From positions 71,982,001-72,046,000 of the forward strand of contig OX638150.1 of the NCBI GenBank assembly GCA_951804945.1: a stretch of 64,000 nucleotides of DNA, given 5' to 3'. Positions 1 to 13,900 of this stretch are shown here, one piece after another. Made by a program: the position numbers and the translations under genes. Each line of letters begins with the position of its first letter. Within the stretch, counting starts at the first letter, position 1. The notes beneath the pieces are model-generated. The model worked only from the letters and a program-made list of their open reading frames with translations, did no database searches and was not told where the DNA came from. The stretch comes from Podarcis cretensis. Its lineage: Eukaryota.

Positions 1-2432
1 TTTTTTATATACTTTGTACCTTATTTCCCCTGTCATTTGTAATGGGGTTCTTCTGGTCTGTCTTCTAAGCCCAAATAGTCTTCAACTTTTAAAATGAAAT
101 TTTCTGGTGCATTGACAGGACATAGAAATAGGGCTCCTGGCCTGGGGTAGAGATGAGTAGTTTTGGGGAGGTTTGGGTTGAAGGCCAGTAGTGTTTGGTG
201 GGACCCTGCAGGTTTTCAATGCATCCAGGGCATGGCTTAAAAAGGTTCTGTTTACTTAGATGAGGTAATAACTTAGATGTTAGGTAATAACAATAATAGT
301 TATATCTCCCCACCCCCCACTTTTCTGGCTTTTCTCCTGCCACCTGAAGATACTTTACAGAGCAATTTCCAGAGAAATAGCTATGTTAGTCTATTATAGA
401 AGAAAGAACTGAAACTCTTGTACCACCTTAAAGTCCAACAAATTTATAATGACATAAGTTTGCATAGACTCAAGATGCCTCTCTCAAAGGAGCCATTCAA
501 CTTGGCATCCCTGCTCTCTTTCCTCTCACTATGGGACATATTTGCATGAATCCAGAGCAAGGAATTTTAAGTAGTGGCATCAGATTTTGGAACTTCTGAC
601 CAAAGGACATATCTGTAAGCACATATTTTGAATCTTTCTGCAGATTGGTGGAAAATATACTCTCTGGGAAGGATTTTTATCTCCTGTCTACTTTAGTGAT
701 AAGTTACTTTAATAATGACTACTTTTCTGATTGGTTTATTACAGCTGGTTTTTGTTGTCTGTTTGCTATCCTCCCTGTTTATCCCATTGTGGTTTATTTC
801 ACTGTATATAGCAGGTCTGGAGAGCCAAGTGTCTCTCTCCAGGCCTCTTTATCTGCCCTTCATGACTCATTCTGACCCAGGCCCCTCTCTCCACACTCTA
901 CCTTGGGTGCTTTTGCCTGGTTGACCTGCATTTGTGAACTGTGACAATGCCTCTTCCTTGCTTGGATGGAGGATGGAGGGTTTCTTTTGGCAGTGGCTGA
1001 ATTTTACTGTAGAAACCCACATCTCAATATATCCTAAAATAAATCTTATTGAATATACACGAATAAATCCTTCCAATAAACAGATTGTTTTTGTTGTCCA
1101 AATCTGTTTTGTACTGAACAGGTCATAGTAACCATGTGCATGAAATCTCATAGTGATGAAACCTACAAAGTGCACCTTTGAGACTCTGGAATTTTCCCCT
1201 GCGGTCCTATACTTCCTTCTTTGTCCTCTGATCTTTTTACTCTTATAGTGTCTTTTCAGCTCCTTCTCTTTATGTCACTGGCTGATCTGTTCTGATGCTA
1301 CAGGATAGCTTTGTAGGCTACAGAGTCATGGCCTGTTGGCAGCCACTACTTAGCTGCTCTGATGTCAGAGAGAGGCCTGGCATCTGCAGCCTAAGCAGCT
1401 GAGCTGTTTTGGGGATTAACAGGATTAGGGAATTTCCTTAATAAACTATTGTTAAATTAAATCACGTAATGATTGCCAGGAAACACTATGGGTTTCCAAG
1501 TAATCCTTGTTGCTGTAGATGAGCAAGCAGTTTCAAAAACCAAGCAGAAGACTCTTTCTGCTGATGTACATGATGATGATGATAATACTAATAGCTGGTC
1601 TAGAATTTGTTTTAAAATCCTTTTATCCTTTGAGTTCCAACTTTCTGTAGTGGTGAGCAAGGAAGGCAACAACTGGAAGATGAGGATAAGGATGATGATG
1701 ATGATGATGTTAATGTCAATATATTCCCTTATCCTCAAAGAGGAAGGGGAAACAGAGGTCTGAGTAAGCAACAGTTCAAGCCCTTGTTATATTTAATGTG
1801 AATAGTTCTCCTACAAGTATATATTCCCTGCCTGTGAAGTTCACAGAGGCAAGAAATGATTCCAGCCCTACTGCATGCCCCCCTCCCAGTGAAAATGCTA
1901 GGATGGCGGACATGTGTTCTATATTAGAGCCTGTTGTGGTCCAAGTCCAGTTTTAAGGTAAAAAATTAGTAGCCTTGAAGTTCCCCAGCTACATTTATGT
2001 CTCTGCATAGCTTACTGAGCAGGCACAAAGATCACATGGTCACGGTCTGTTTAAATTAGAGTGGTTGTTTGTAAAATTGCATAGATACATAAAAATTAGC
2101 ATACACATTTCCCCCTGCAAATATGTGTCCTTTCTGCCCTCTTTTTAGATAAAGCATTTCCTCTTTTTTGGCAACATGCAAGTGGCCACTCTAGTGGCAT
2201 CACTCCTGCACAAGCAAAAGGGCATGTGGACTAGTGTGTAATGTGTTGGACCTGGGTCTAAGGATTTGGTGGAACCTAGGCCTTGCAATGTCATTGACGC
2301 ATCAGTGGCTTAGAAAAATTGTTACCACGAATAATGTATTTAATTCTTTATTATTATTATTAGTAGTAGTAGTAGTAGTAGTAAATTTATGCAATATCAA
2401 AGAAAACAGGAAAATTATAATGACCTGTTGTA

Positions 2433-2512
2433 CAGGGTGAGTCCTTTAAAAGAGGCCCCGTGAATACAGAATACACATGTTCCACGGAGCCTCTTTTAAA
2501 AGACTCACCCTG
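2433..2512. mobile_element. 80-bp Tc1/mariner-type palindromic MITE
   Basis: TIR CAGGGTGAGTC..TTTAAAAGAGGC mirrored at the right end; TA duplication on both sides. Confidence 0.75.
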
Positions 2513-3575
2513 TATGTATATGCTAGATAAAATATTCAAGGCACTTTGTATGTGAGGCTGCTCCCACTTCTCTTCTTCGCTGGGAGGGAGGCCAACTTTT
2601 TGGATTATTTATTTCAGGAAAGGGCCTTTTCAGATGGAATTAATTTGTTTATCCCCATACTGTGTTGATCAGTCTGCCCTTACACCCATCAGTTGGAACT
2701 CAGTGCAGTTATACTGTAACAATTGTTGTTAATGATCAATCTGCTTTCATCTGAACTTTGGCTTTGGTTGAAAGAAAGCCTCCCCCCAAAGGCATGGCGG
2801 AATGTCAGCTGAAAGTGAAGGTGTGAGATCAGTGCCATATGCAGGTCAGGTGCCGCCTGGCTAATTCTTGGACACTGCAGATTTAAGATATATGCAGTAT
2901 TACTCGAAGAGTGCTTATTTGTGAATATCTTGTGGGTTCTGTGCATGGACAGAGATACTACTTTCTTTTTTAATTTAAAAAAACTATTAGTTTCAAAACA
3001 AATGTTTTGTAAATACATTAACAGAAAAACAAACAAGGCATGGGGCAATGACAGTTGTTGATAACATTGCTGTACTACTATATAAAGGATCAGTGTGATT
3101 TAGAGAGACCACTTTACCCCTAAAGTATCTCAAACAGAATTAAGATATGGAGAAGGAAAGTAATACACAAAACATCAGAACAGAACCCATTATTCCCAAA
3201 TCCCTGCCCAGTCTCCTGATCAGTAGGAAAGCTTACTGTTTGGTGTAGTCAAGTGGGAGATCCTGTTACGTAGGTTAAAGATTGCTTGGCTACAGGTGAA
3301 TGCTTTGTGTTCCCGTCTCTGTTCACCAAAAGGTTTATTATAGACTGTTGCATTTCCAAGATGGAATAGGATAGTTGCCAGGTGTGTAATTTATTGACAT
3401 GGATTGCATGCAAGTATTTAATTGCATCTAAGAGCTAAATGTGCTCCAGTGTTTGGGGAACCTGATGGTTAGTTCCAAATCATGCATGTTACTTATAGAG
3501 ATGTATATGTTGCACCAGGAAACACAGGAGGAGCCATCTAATATAACTCTTTCCTGGTGTTTTTCCTCCCACCAG

Positions 3576-3736
3576 AGCTCAAAGCCACCAGCACTGCCCA
3601 TTTCTTCAATTTCCTGCTCAACTCAACCGATTATCGTATTCTACTGAAAGATGAAGATCACGACCGCATGTATGTGGGGAGTAAAGACTACATCCTCTCC
3701 CTGGATCTTCACGATATCAACCGGGAGCCCCTGATT
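3576..3736 (+). CDS. SEMA3F: Semaphorin-3F coding exon (exon 3, ELKATSTAHFF...DINREPLI)
   Basis: ORF 3557..3937 contains Sema-domain sequence; cag acceptor, gtaagg donor; 161 nt. Confidence 0.96.
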
Positions 3737-3984
3737 GTAAGGGTTTTTCTCATTTTGTACCAGGAGCAGACAAGGAACATCTGGGAGGCTTTGTGGGGTG
3801 GAGGGCTGCAAAATGACCAACTATTTCCATATGATGCGTATGGATTAGTAGAGTGGGTTCAGGGGCACATTTCTAATTTTGAGAGAATGCTATGGGTACC
3901 AGTCATAAAATGGCTGCTGCCAGGGGGAGTGGCTTGACACAACATTGGGAATACCGGGAATATTCCTACATATCAAAACATCAA

Positions 3985-4135
3985 CTGTTGACCTGGGAGA
4001 CCAGGGTTAAAATCACCACTCAGTCATGAAGTCCACTGGGCGATTTTGGGCCAGTCACTCAGACTAACCCTACCTCACAGGATTGCTGTGAGGATATGAT
4101 GATGAAGGGTAGAACTATGTATGCCACCTTGAGCT
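3985..4135 (+). mobile_element. Old squamate tRNA-derived SINE fragment (Squam3-like)
   Basis: ctgggagaccagggtt...catgaag..cactggg...cctacctcacagg; similar copy at ~60205-60410; ends approximate. Confidence 0.5.
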
Positions 4136-5358
4136 GCCTAGGGAATATTAGCAAGATAAACAACAAGACAAGTCTCAAGGCAAGTGGGGAAAGTATCCCC
4201 TTTGCCACCGCCTCCCCCACTCTAAATCAAATGCAAGGAACAGCAGGAAGGCAGTCAATGAAGCAAGTGGGGATGGCATCCCGGTTGTCTTTTCTCTGCT
4301 TGCCCCCCACAATGCCCTCCAGAGCTAGAAACAGGGTAGACAGACCCATCACTGATTCTCATGGAAGACATTAAATGCTCTTGCTATTTCTTTTTAGGGC
4401 TGATCCAGGTGATTAGTCAAAGTGTACCCTGACTATATTTTGGTCTCACAAAATAGTTAAAAGTTCTTACAGAACTGTTAGTTTTACAGAATAAACATTC
4501 TTCATTAGACATTTTAGTTGCTTGCTACCCAAAGGCCTCCAAGCAACTTATAACACCATGCTATGTAACACTATTTATGCAAGGCACAGCGGAAAGGCAA
4601 AAGTGTGATATGCAGAGTCCACATGTAATTGTTGGGTGGAAGTAGCCATGCTACAGTGGGATAGCCTTGTTGGGGAGAATCATGGCCACTTCTGTTTTCA
4701 TCTCATGGGAGAAATACAGTTCAGTCCTGGAGAGGGGAAAGCACACAACACTCTTCAAATAACTTCTCTTTAGCAACAAATGAATAAAATGCAGAGACGT
4801 CGTCAGCATGAGCAGTGGGTTGTAGGGTTACATGAACATATCTGAGAGTGAGTGCTTAATTTCTAAAGAGAATTTTTATAAAGTTTTATTTATAAAAAGA
4901 TTAAAATTAATCTTCTTAAAAGTAACAAGATGATGAAGGTGCAAAAGGAGTCACTATCACTGTTGTTGCTACAAAGCAACAATCCACTAGGTGTCTGTGA
5001 CACTTCCACGCAGCATCTTGTAACAAAATTGATGCATTTTTGTCACATCAAAGGGTGGGTGAATTAGTTTCCCACAAATATTGTAGGAAATGTGATACTC
5101 CCTTCACCCAAAGTGTTACCTTTAGAAAACACACATGAACCTGACAAGTGAACGCTTGATGCCATACAAATTGATAATTTTGAAAGGTCCTTAGTGATCA
5201 GTGCTTTAAATTAAAATCCACCTTCCCAGAAAACTTGATGGTTTGGGATTAGATTTAGGAGTGGGATAGATACATCCACCCCTTTTTAATATTTCTCTTA
5301 GCATGATTCTGTGGAGAATTATAATTAAAAGGCTGAAGGTTTTGTATTGTTTTGGCAG

Positions 5359-5421
5359 ATCCACTGGCCTGCGTCTCAACAAAGGATAGAAGAGTGCGTT
5401 CTTTCAGGGAAGAACAGTAAT
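5359..5421 (+). CDS. SEMA3F: SEMA3F exon 4 (IHWPASQQRIEECVLSGKNSN)
   Basis: Manual translation; cag/gtaagt boundaries; 63 nt, phase-compatible. Confidence 0.95.
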
Positions 5422-7540
5422 GTAAGTACTTCTTGTATGGTCTTCAGGTTTATAGAGGATGTGGGGAAAGAGTGGAGGCGAAGGAATGCTAGTAACGTGG
5501 TAGGATGATGAAAGTTGTCCTTCTGAAGCTTCCTTCCTCTCAAGATCTTTAAGACTGAAAGCCACCAAGCAGTGGCAATTTGTATTGCTCACACCACCTC
5601 AGGAATACCATGCTATGAGCAAATGATGATGCCCTATTGCCTATGACTGCCCTCCTCATTTCCTGTTTATTCCTATCTTTTCAGGTAATTGAGTCACAAT
5701 AACCCTGGTTCCTTGTGCTGCACATTCATGTACACAAGCTAAAACCATGGTCATAATTCCTTGAGTACCTGTACAAAAGTTTCCAGCATTTGAGCAGAAA
5801 CATTTGTGTCTGTGTGGGTGTTTCAGAAACCCTAAAATACAACACAAGTTTTAGTATGTGATGAAGTGACAGTGCTCTGTTTGTAGTTGGAAAAGCTAAG
5901 ATAGCAAAGATGGAATTAAATAGGAAGATTTTGAAGAAAATGACATCACCATTGTAAAACTTTGCTAGTTTCTGGAAGCTAAAGTGCAGTGCAGTTGGTG
6001 ATGAAGTCATCTTTTGGTCACAGGGTTCTGCTTAGCACTGGAATTGAGTGCAGCTGTAAACTTGCACTTCCCAACCTCTGTTACCAGAGGATATCATCAT
6101 GGCCAAGTTAGCCAACTCTTGCGTCTTGTGCAAGCTTTCTAAAGGCAAGGGCTGCTAACACTTCTAGGGGTTTATGGAATATTGATGTATGGGACATGAA
6201 AGTGAAGATGCCTTGTCAGCAGTACTTTAAAGGAACTGGGGGTTTTGCCCAACCCCAGTTAAGTCTATCAGCAGTAACGTGTACTAAATTTCAGTAGGAG
6301 GAAGCAAGAGGTCAAAGGGTTACCAAGCTGTTTCCTACAAGGCACAGTCAGCCTTTGGCCAGCTGACCTTGAACTCTGTCCTCTTGGGATTTCTCTGCTG
6401 CTACTGTTTGGGGCTCAGTCTTAGAGCAGCTAAGCTGGCTTAGTAAAGGAAACTGTTTGCTTGCATTTTTCCCACCCTACTGAACTCTGTTATCATGGCC
6501 CCAGCCCAGTACTGTTTTGATTTGCCTAGCTGGAGGTTTGAGGCAAAGAGGAAACATGAGATGTGAGAAGGAAACTGGACTCTGCAGTCAGACACACTGC
6601 ATGGAGCTCCATGCCTGATCTAGAATCCAGTCAGTAAATGAACTCAGGCCTTGACAACACAGGCCTGCATACATTCTGGGAATTGCTCTTCTTGCCCTCT
6701 GGGCCTCACTGCTATCATTTACCTATTAGATTTTCAGTCCACCCTCCTGTAGCCAATCAGTTCTTAGTACCTCTTAATGAGTGGGGATCTAAAGGCTGAC
6801 CTTAATATATTTTCTTTCCTGGCACAGATAAGTCCAGAGATTCCCCTTCTCCTTAGTTGGTTATGCTTTGGTTATTCAGGGCACTATTTTCTGGCTTTTG
6901 AAAACAAGCAGGAATGGGTTGGGAGTCCAGGATTTGCCACCCTGACACCAAGATATATTATTGCAATCTTACAGTTATTCTTTTCTCAGTTTTCAGAAAA
7001 ATTGGCTGTGAGTTGGGAGTTCTGAGCGGCACCGTTTATAATCTGCTTCAGCTACAGATGTTGCAGTGTAAGATGTGAGCAAGGAATGTTTGCTGCGGAA
7101 GGGGGTTTAGTTCAAAACTCTTCCAGCAGGAACATGACTTAAAAGGAGTGCAGGAAAATTGTCTCTGAAGTGCATCCAAAACTCATTGCTGGAAAAGGTG
7201 TTGGAGGGGTGGATCCAAAAGGTTTATTTGTGGATTTTCAAAGTGCGCCAGACCTAGCTTGCCTCAATTTTAACTGGAAGCAAATGTTGTTGAAGAGGAC
7301 CATTTGACACACAGACCATTCAATGTGGTCTGATTTTGTGACTTACTGAGTGTTGAGGGAGCTTTCATTTAATGCTGAAGCAATTACCTGATTGCTTCAA
7401 AATATGTGTAAATCACTGCTTAGGCCATGCTGAACAGAGGATGGAATTGCTCCATTTACCATAGACTGACTAATCTCCTTAAAGTAGATACAATTTCATA
7501 GGAGGCTGGGACTAACTTGCCATCTCTCTTTGTTTTCCAG

Positions 7541-7660
7541 GGCGAGTGTGGGAATTTCATCCGCCTTATCCAGCCCTGGAATCGAACCCACTTGTATGTT
7601 TGTGGCACTGGAGCATACAATCCTGTCTGCACCTTTGTCAATCGAGGCCGTAAAGCACAG
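7541..7660 (+). CDS. SEMA3F: SEMA3F exon 5 ([40 protein letters not shown])
   Basis: Classic Sema motif; pyrimidine tract+cag, gtgagg donor; 120 nt. Confidence 0.97.
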
Positions 7661-8049
7661 GTGAGGTACTGAAGGAGCATATGGCTGGGACTGCAGCCAG
7701 ATCAGTGCTGGAGAAGCATATGGGCTTGCTCTTAGACCATGCTAGGAAAGCAGCCTCTGGCAACATTCAACAAGCAATAAGGGATTGAGATTCGAGTCTT
7801 GGGTAATGAGATGTGGAATCTTCTCAACTGTCGTATGTTTGTATGTTTGTTCAGCCCATTCATATCCCACTTCTCATCAAAGGGAGCCAAAGGCTGCATA
7901 CATGAATTCCCACCCCCACCCCCACCTTTACGTGGCTCTCATTTATCATCCCAACAATTCTCAAAGGTAAGTTAGGCTCTTAGGGATTCACCTAACCAGT
8001 CCCATCAGCAAAAGTCCTGCACAAGGAATTCCACTTTGCACAACAGGGC

Positions 8050-8052
<3 letters not shown>

Positions 8053-8089
<37 letters not shown>
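8053..8089. repeat. (CA)n microsatellite
   Basis: Direct reading. Confidence 0.95.
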
Positions 8090-8091
<2 letters not shown>

Positions 8092-9365
8092 ATTCTGACA
8101 AGGAGATGGAGCTCCAGGTTTTGAAAAAGGTAATGGGGACAGTGAAAATATCAAAATAAAACATGTAGATATAGTGTTTCCTAAAAACTAATAATAATAG
8201 GGTAGGAAGGGATGAGGTGTGGGATCATATATAAAGTAATTTGTAACTAGGTCACAAGAAGCACATACTGTGTTATTACTTAAATGTATTGTTTTAAATG
8301 TCTGATATTATCAGTAATTTTAATATATATATTATGGAAACCACTTAGAGGTTTTGATGATTAAGCACTATTTAAATCATATTAAATACATAAAGCCTAA
8401 TCCTAGTAATCCCCCACTGTGCAGAATGAGATTTTCTCCTAAGTATGGGAGTCAATGTATAGATTTGTAGCCTTAATTTGTGATAACCATTATGTCATGC
8501 AAGACCCTCCATGTCACATAAAATTTGTCAGACTTTAACGGGTTCTCTAACTTGGAAGTATGCCATATTTTACTGAACCATTTCCAAATTTATGGAATCT
8601 TATCTGATTTTTATTTACTGGTAACCAGATTTTTGGCTGTCATTAACATGTTCCCAGTTAGCTAATAATTGCACTTGTTTACGGAATCTTTCAATACAGA
8701 CATGTAAAATAACCTCTGGTTTTAATGGAATTGTTTATCATAGTCATTTCCACCCAGTATGCCTTGGGGGACGCACACAAAATATGTGTGAAATCAGCCT
8801 TATTGTTACAACACCTCTAACATCGTGTGTTCCTTATATCATATTTGCTTAAACTGTCTAGTGTTAGCATCAAACCTCTAAAATAATACAAGGAGAATTT
8901 GCTTGCATAGGTGTGAATATATTTTCCACATTTATTTTATTTTCTGACAACAACTTAAAAATAGGAAAACCAATTGAAAACCACTTTTGTAAATGCTCTT
9001 CTTACAGTATCTTGTTCAGCAGGAGTAGCTAAACCTCATTTCAGGGTCTTATCTAGCCCCCAAATTGATTTCTGCCTTCCCACCCCCAACCCCATCCCAC
9101 TAATTTTAGCAGCAGAGGCAATATGTTTTTGGGAGCTAATGCATAGTTGTACATAAAGTCAAACCCAACAAGCAGATACACATTCAGACTAAATACAGGT
9201 CATAAATATTTGATGAGGGGATTTTGATCTCCATAGAAGTATGTGTGTATATTTGAGAGAGACAGAAGACTTCTGCATGCTGCATTCTCTGGCCATACCC
9301 TGCCATTCCTGCTTCTCTGGCAGGTCACCCTGCCAGCGCTAACTCTCTGCTCCTCCTCTCCTCAG

Positions 9366-9455
9366 GCTTTTGAGCTGAACCAGTCCATCCAGCAGGGAGG
9401 ACGGGGAAGTAGAGCAGTTGACTCCTCCCTCCACCCGTCTCCAGTGGAACGCAAG
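9366..9455 (+). CDS. SEMA3F: SEMA3F cassette-type exon 6 (AFELNQSIQQGGRGSRAVDSSLHPSPVERK)
   Basis: ctaac branch-like motif, pyrimidine tract, cag acceptor, gtggga donor; 90 nt phase 0-0; GRGSRA motif recalls the mammalian SEMA3F alternative insert. Confidence 0.8.
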
Positions 9456-10892
9456 GTGGGAATCGCGCTCTGCCCTGCCATGCTCTTCCCCAAGGACACA
9501 ACTGGCTCTTTTCTTAGCATGCCTGAGCCTGGGCACTCTAACTTTCATTTTCAACTGGCATGTACCTAACAACTAACTAACAAGGGAAGGGGGCCAGACC
9601 TATGGGAATAGGACTGGCCCTTAAATTCACCCCCCCTTCCCATCTAGCAATGAGCGCGCTTCCTGTACCGCCTCTCCTTGCGTCTCCTCACTTGAACTAA
9701 CTCCTTCTTCCCCAGGCTCACACAAGGTTTGTGCCAGGAAAGAACACTCTCAGGATGTTTGACCTTACTACATATAGTATAGAACCATGTCCTTGACTGT
9801 TTGAAATTGAGACAAATGGACTTGCTGTTTCAAGCAAAGGTTTGCTTGATGTGAGGTGGCATGAATAACTAGATTGGAGTAATCAAGGTTGTGATGACTG
9901 TGGGAGCAGGGGGTGGGGTGGGCCTATTTTATATGCTTAGTTGTTGTGAGGAGTGTGGACTTCATTAATGATTGCATACAGTTTTTGTAAGTATGTTTGC
10001 TGAGAAATCATGTAAAATAAGAAAATGATGAGAAAATGTGTTTTACTTGTGTATCGGATGTAATATATGCTTCTTCTCCTAATTATTACAAGTCATAGCC
10101 AATGCAGGAAGCCATCCCATTAATTTCCTTTCCAGTTTTCTCATTGTTGTTATTTAATTGATAAGGATGACCGTTAGTTGGGAGGAGATTATGAGATTTC
10201 CATTAGTCTCTATTAGTAGAAACTTTGTGGGCATGGTCCTACAATTGGCTAAAGACTTTGGTGTGGGAATGAACTATTTCAGTTGCTCATCTCGTATGGT
10301 TTCCCTCTAAGAAACATTATCAAAGCAGCATGGAATCCAGCCACATGGCAATTCCTACATTGCTCTGTGAACATAGGAATTGGTCCTAATTAACAGAACC
10401 CTTTTTATGTCAGATAGTATTAAGGATGGTATGTTTCCCCATTTACTGATTGCTGAATAATAGATTGATTGAGAGGTTGAGCTCCTAATGTGGATTTGTA
10501 TGGGACTAAAGCCTCCTTTCACTCAGCAGTAGGTACTCTCCCATGTGTGTTCAAGATGGTGCACAAAAAAAGAAGACAGGAAATGCTATATGCTATTCTT
10601 GTCAAGGCTGAATAGTCTTGGTTGGAGTGTTTGAAACTTTCACAAGAAAACAACTGAACCTAATCTTGAGAATCTTAACTTTCCTTAAGGTATGGTGTTG
10701 CTTGATTGTAAATTGGAGAATCAGCCTAAAATGTAGTGCTCTGATTTCTTAGTATTTTCTTCCTTCTGTTGGATTCTCTAGTTTTGATGATGCCTTGTTT
10801 TACCCCTGGAGTCATCCTGGTAGCTGTTTTCATCGAAATCTGTAGGGCCTTATTCTGTGCTGCTGAGCTGTAGCGGGGTCATTGTCAAAGAC

Positions 10893-10940
10893 ATTATTAT
10901 TATTATTATTACTACTACTACTACTACTACTACTACTACA
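10893..10940. repeat. Compound (ATT)n(ACT)n microsatellite
   Basis: Direct reading. Confidence 0.95.
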
Positions 10941-13900
10941 CAGTGTATAAGTAACATTGGGTTTTCTTTTTCTCTTTTCTTTACTGAATGTTCCATTTTA
11001 CACTTCAAAACAGAAAACTCACAAATGGCACAATCACTTTTGCATTTTCCACAAGAAGCACATTTTTTCTCGGTGCTGAACAATGGCATTTGACACCAAA
11101 GCAGTCTGCCCACATAAGCCCAAAGCTCTAAATAAAAAGGAAATGCAACTCCTAAGCAAAATCATCTTTCCAGAAAGAATGCATGTCTATGGGTTTCCTA
11201 AATGGGTTGGCACTCAACACTGCTTGTGGGAAGATGTGCCACACACACACACACACCATTCTCAGTTTCTATGCAGAGACTGAAAGTCTTCCGTTCCAGC
11301 TTTTTATTATTTATTGCATTTATTAGTAGGAAAAGAAGTTCTCAAGCTGACTTAACAGCATGGTATGACATGTTCCTCTAAGGGCAACACCTTAAACTAC
11401 AACTAGGTGTAATTATCTGTAGGTATAACTGCTTAGTAACCTGCATCTGCTGCCTGCAGGATTTACTAGAACTATAGTTTTGTGTGTCAACACTTGGTCT
11501 CATTCAAAAGCCAGCTTTCATTTTCCTGCTCTTTGTAGCTAGAATCTCCAGCTTCTACTTGATGTGCTATTTATATTATCACTGATTGCTATTAGCCAGT
11601 TAAAATGCATTGCACAATGTCAGGAGCCATCCTACTTTCCTCACTCCCTTGGGCATTGTCACCATGTGTTTGACATACATTAGAAAGAGGAAGCAAGTCT
11701 TCACTGATATCCTGCCACTGTTGACCTCCCAAGCTGTTAGCACAAGGAGGTGGGGAAGAGAGTGGGATGTATCAGATGATGAGAAGTCGCAAAGGGAATG
11801 GAGTAGAAAACACACTTGTCACATCCTACTGCAGTCTGGAACCCTTCAAGGCCCCTTTTCCATCTTTTGGTAAATTGCAGATCCCAACCACCACCTGTGG
11901 ATGGAACCTATAACGGCACCAAATAATACAATTTGTGACAATCCCATTAGCACAACTCTTGTAAACTGTGTTGTGCTTAAACTTCAAACAGCTGTTTTAT
12001 CCCAAACATATCAATCCTGTTCCATTTATTTGTATACCATGTAAAGAAACTGCATTTGCACTTGTCTCCAGTCAAGTGGACTTCTATGGACAGGTGTCCC
12101 TATCCCCACTTTAATAAAGAATCCTTGCAACATTTAGTGCTCTTTTCAAAGTCATCCATGAAATCCCAAGAGTGCCACAGGCTTTAGCAAAATAACCAGG
12201 AGTCTCAAATTATGAATCAGAGACAGAGGTGCAGACAAAGTTAGCTCAGCTCAGGTTCCAGATACAAACACAGGAGGCTCATAATGCCCACCTAAATGCA
12301 TAGTGGGGAAAGTACTTATTAACTGTAAGATATATGCAGGATCAAATCATTTGGTGAAAATAAAAAATAAATTTCGAGCTGAGACAAATTGAAAGGAATT
12401 GTAAAATAAGAGGGTGCTTGTGTGGCATTAAAATGTCATCAGGTTTGATGCACCACCACATCAATGCCCTTTCCTCCACAGCCACCTGCTGCACCTCAGT
12501 TGACTAGAATTGAGCCCTGGCTAAGGGCGTAGAGGCTGGGTAGGCTTATGTGGAGGGAGGGGGTTATTTTGGGACCCTGGTCCCAAGCCAGTTAGACTCC
12601 TGCACTTTCTTACAAAAACCTGTCATTATTCAAGTGTCTGTATCCAGTGAGAACTCTTTGGATATGTGTCTGTGCTGGCATTAGCTGGTATTTCTGGCCC
12701 CCACGAAGCTGTATGCTGGGACCACAAATTCCCTATGCTCATATTCATGTCTGTTCTTTTATCTCATTCACTCATTCCAACTCTAGTTCCTTATGCTGCT
12801 GACTCAGCCCATTCTGCTAAAAGTAGCTGACTTTAGCCATTCCTCAGGTGAAAGATGAACTACAGAAAGGGGTTTATTCTGTCCAATCCAATCCATCTTG
12901 AAGACAGCATCAGCATCATTTACCAAAGATCAATAGGGTGAATGCTGTCAAAAGAATGAACTCAATAATAGTCTGAGATTAAAATATTTGAACCGTGTAT
13001 CTCACACTCCCTATCTTTTCAGTCCTTACACCACCCCATTCTTAAAACACAAAGCCTTTAAACTGCTCTGCTTTCCATTCATTGGATGGAGGGGGGGAGC
13101 CCTGAAAAGTTCTCACATTTTTGTAGGAAAGATCTGTTAATAAATAGCCACAATTCTAGAACAGTAGCTGCACAATGGCCAGTTGGACCCTATTCAACAA
13201 AGGAAGATGTTTAGCTTAGAAAAACAAGGGACAGTATCAGTAGTAAATATTTTTCATGGCCAATACAGATATAATAAAATATTTTAACAGACTTTTGTTT
13301 TCTTTAAAAACATGCTGAAGTCATTTTTGTGACATTTTAATAAAAACATTTTGGGTAAAATTATATGAACACATATGTATACTTCCCAATAAATCAATAA
13401 TATAAAAATACGTATGCTCCAGCTAAAATTTACATCTCATTTAACAGAAGCTATTTAACAGTTCATGCCAATGTTTGTCTACTCAGAAGTAGGTCCAACT
13501 GAGGGTACTTTCAGTTGGATGTTTATTGTGGGATTATTGATTGATTGATTGCCACATTCACATAACATTTTTGGCATCAAAATGTTAGCCCACATCCTCC
13601 TCACTCCAAATTAATCTACATAGACCCTTTCTAGAGGAAATCTGATATATACCACCTGTTGCCAACAATCTTGTTTGCAATAGCTCAATGACCTGTTTTC
13701 ATATTAAACTCCTGTCTGGAAGCAGGGGTCTACTCTCAAGTAAGTATGTCAAATTCTGCAACCTAAGCCACTCCCATCGAAATAAATGGGAATTAAAAGC
13801 AGTGCCAGATTAAACCCTGTGGAGGCCCCTAAGCAGTTGAAATCCTGTCCTTCCCCTTGTGCATGCACTCTAATGGGATAATATTGAACTAAGAAAACTT

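Noticed and set aside
1457-1771. Overlapping ORFs with poly-M/poly-I/poly-D runs
   Set aside because: Produced by (GAT)n microsatellites; no homology or convincing splice context.
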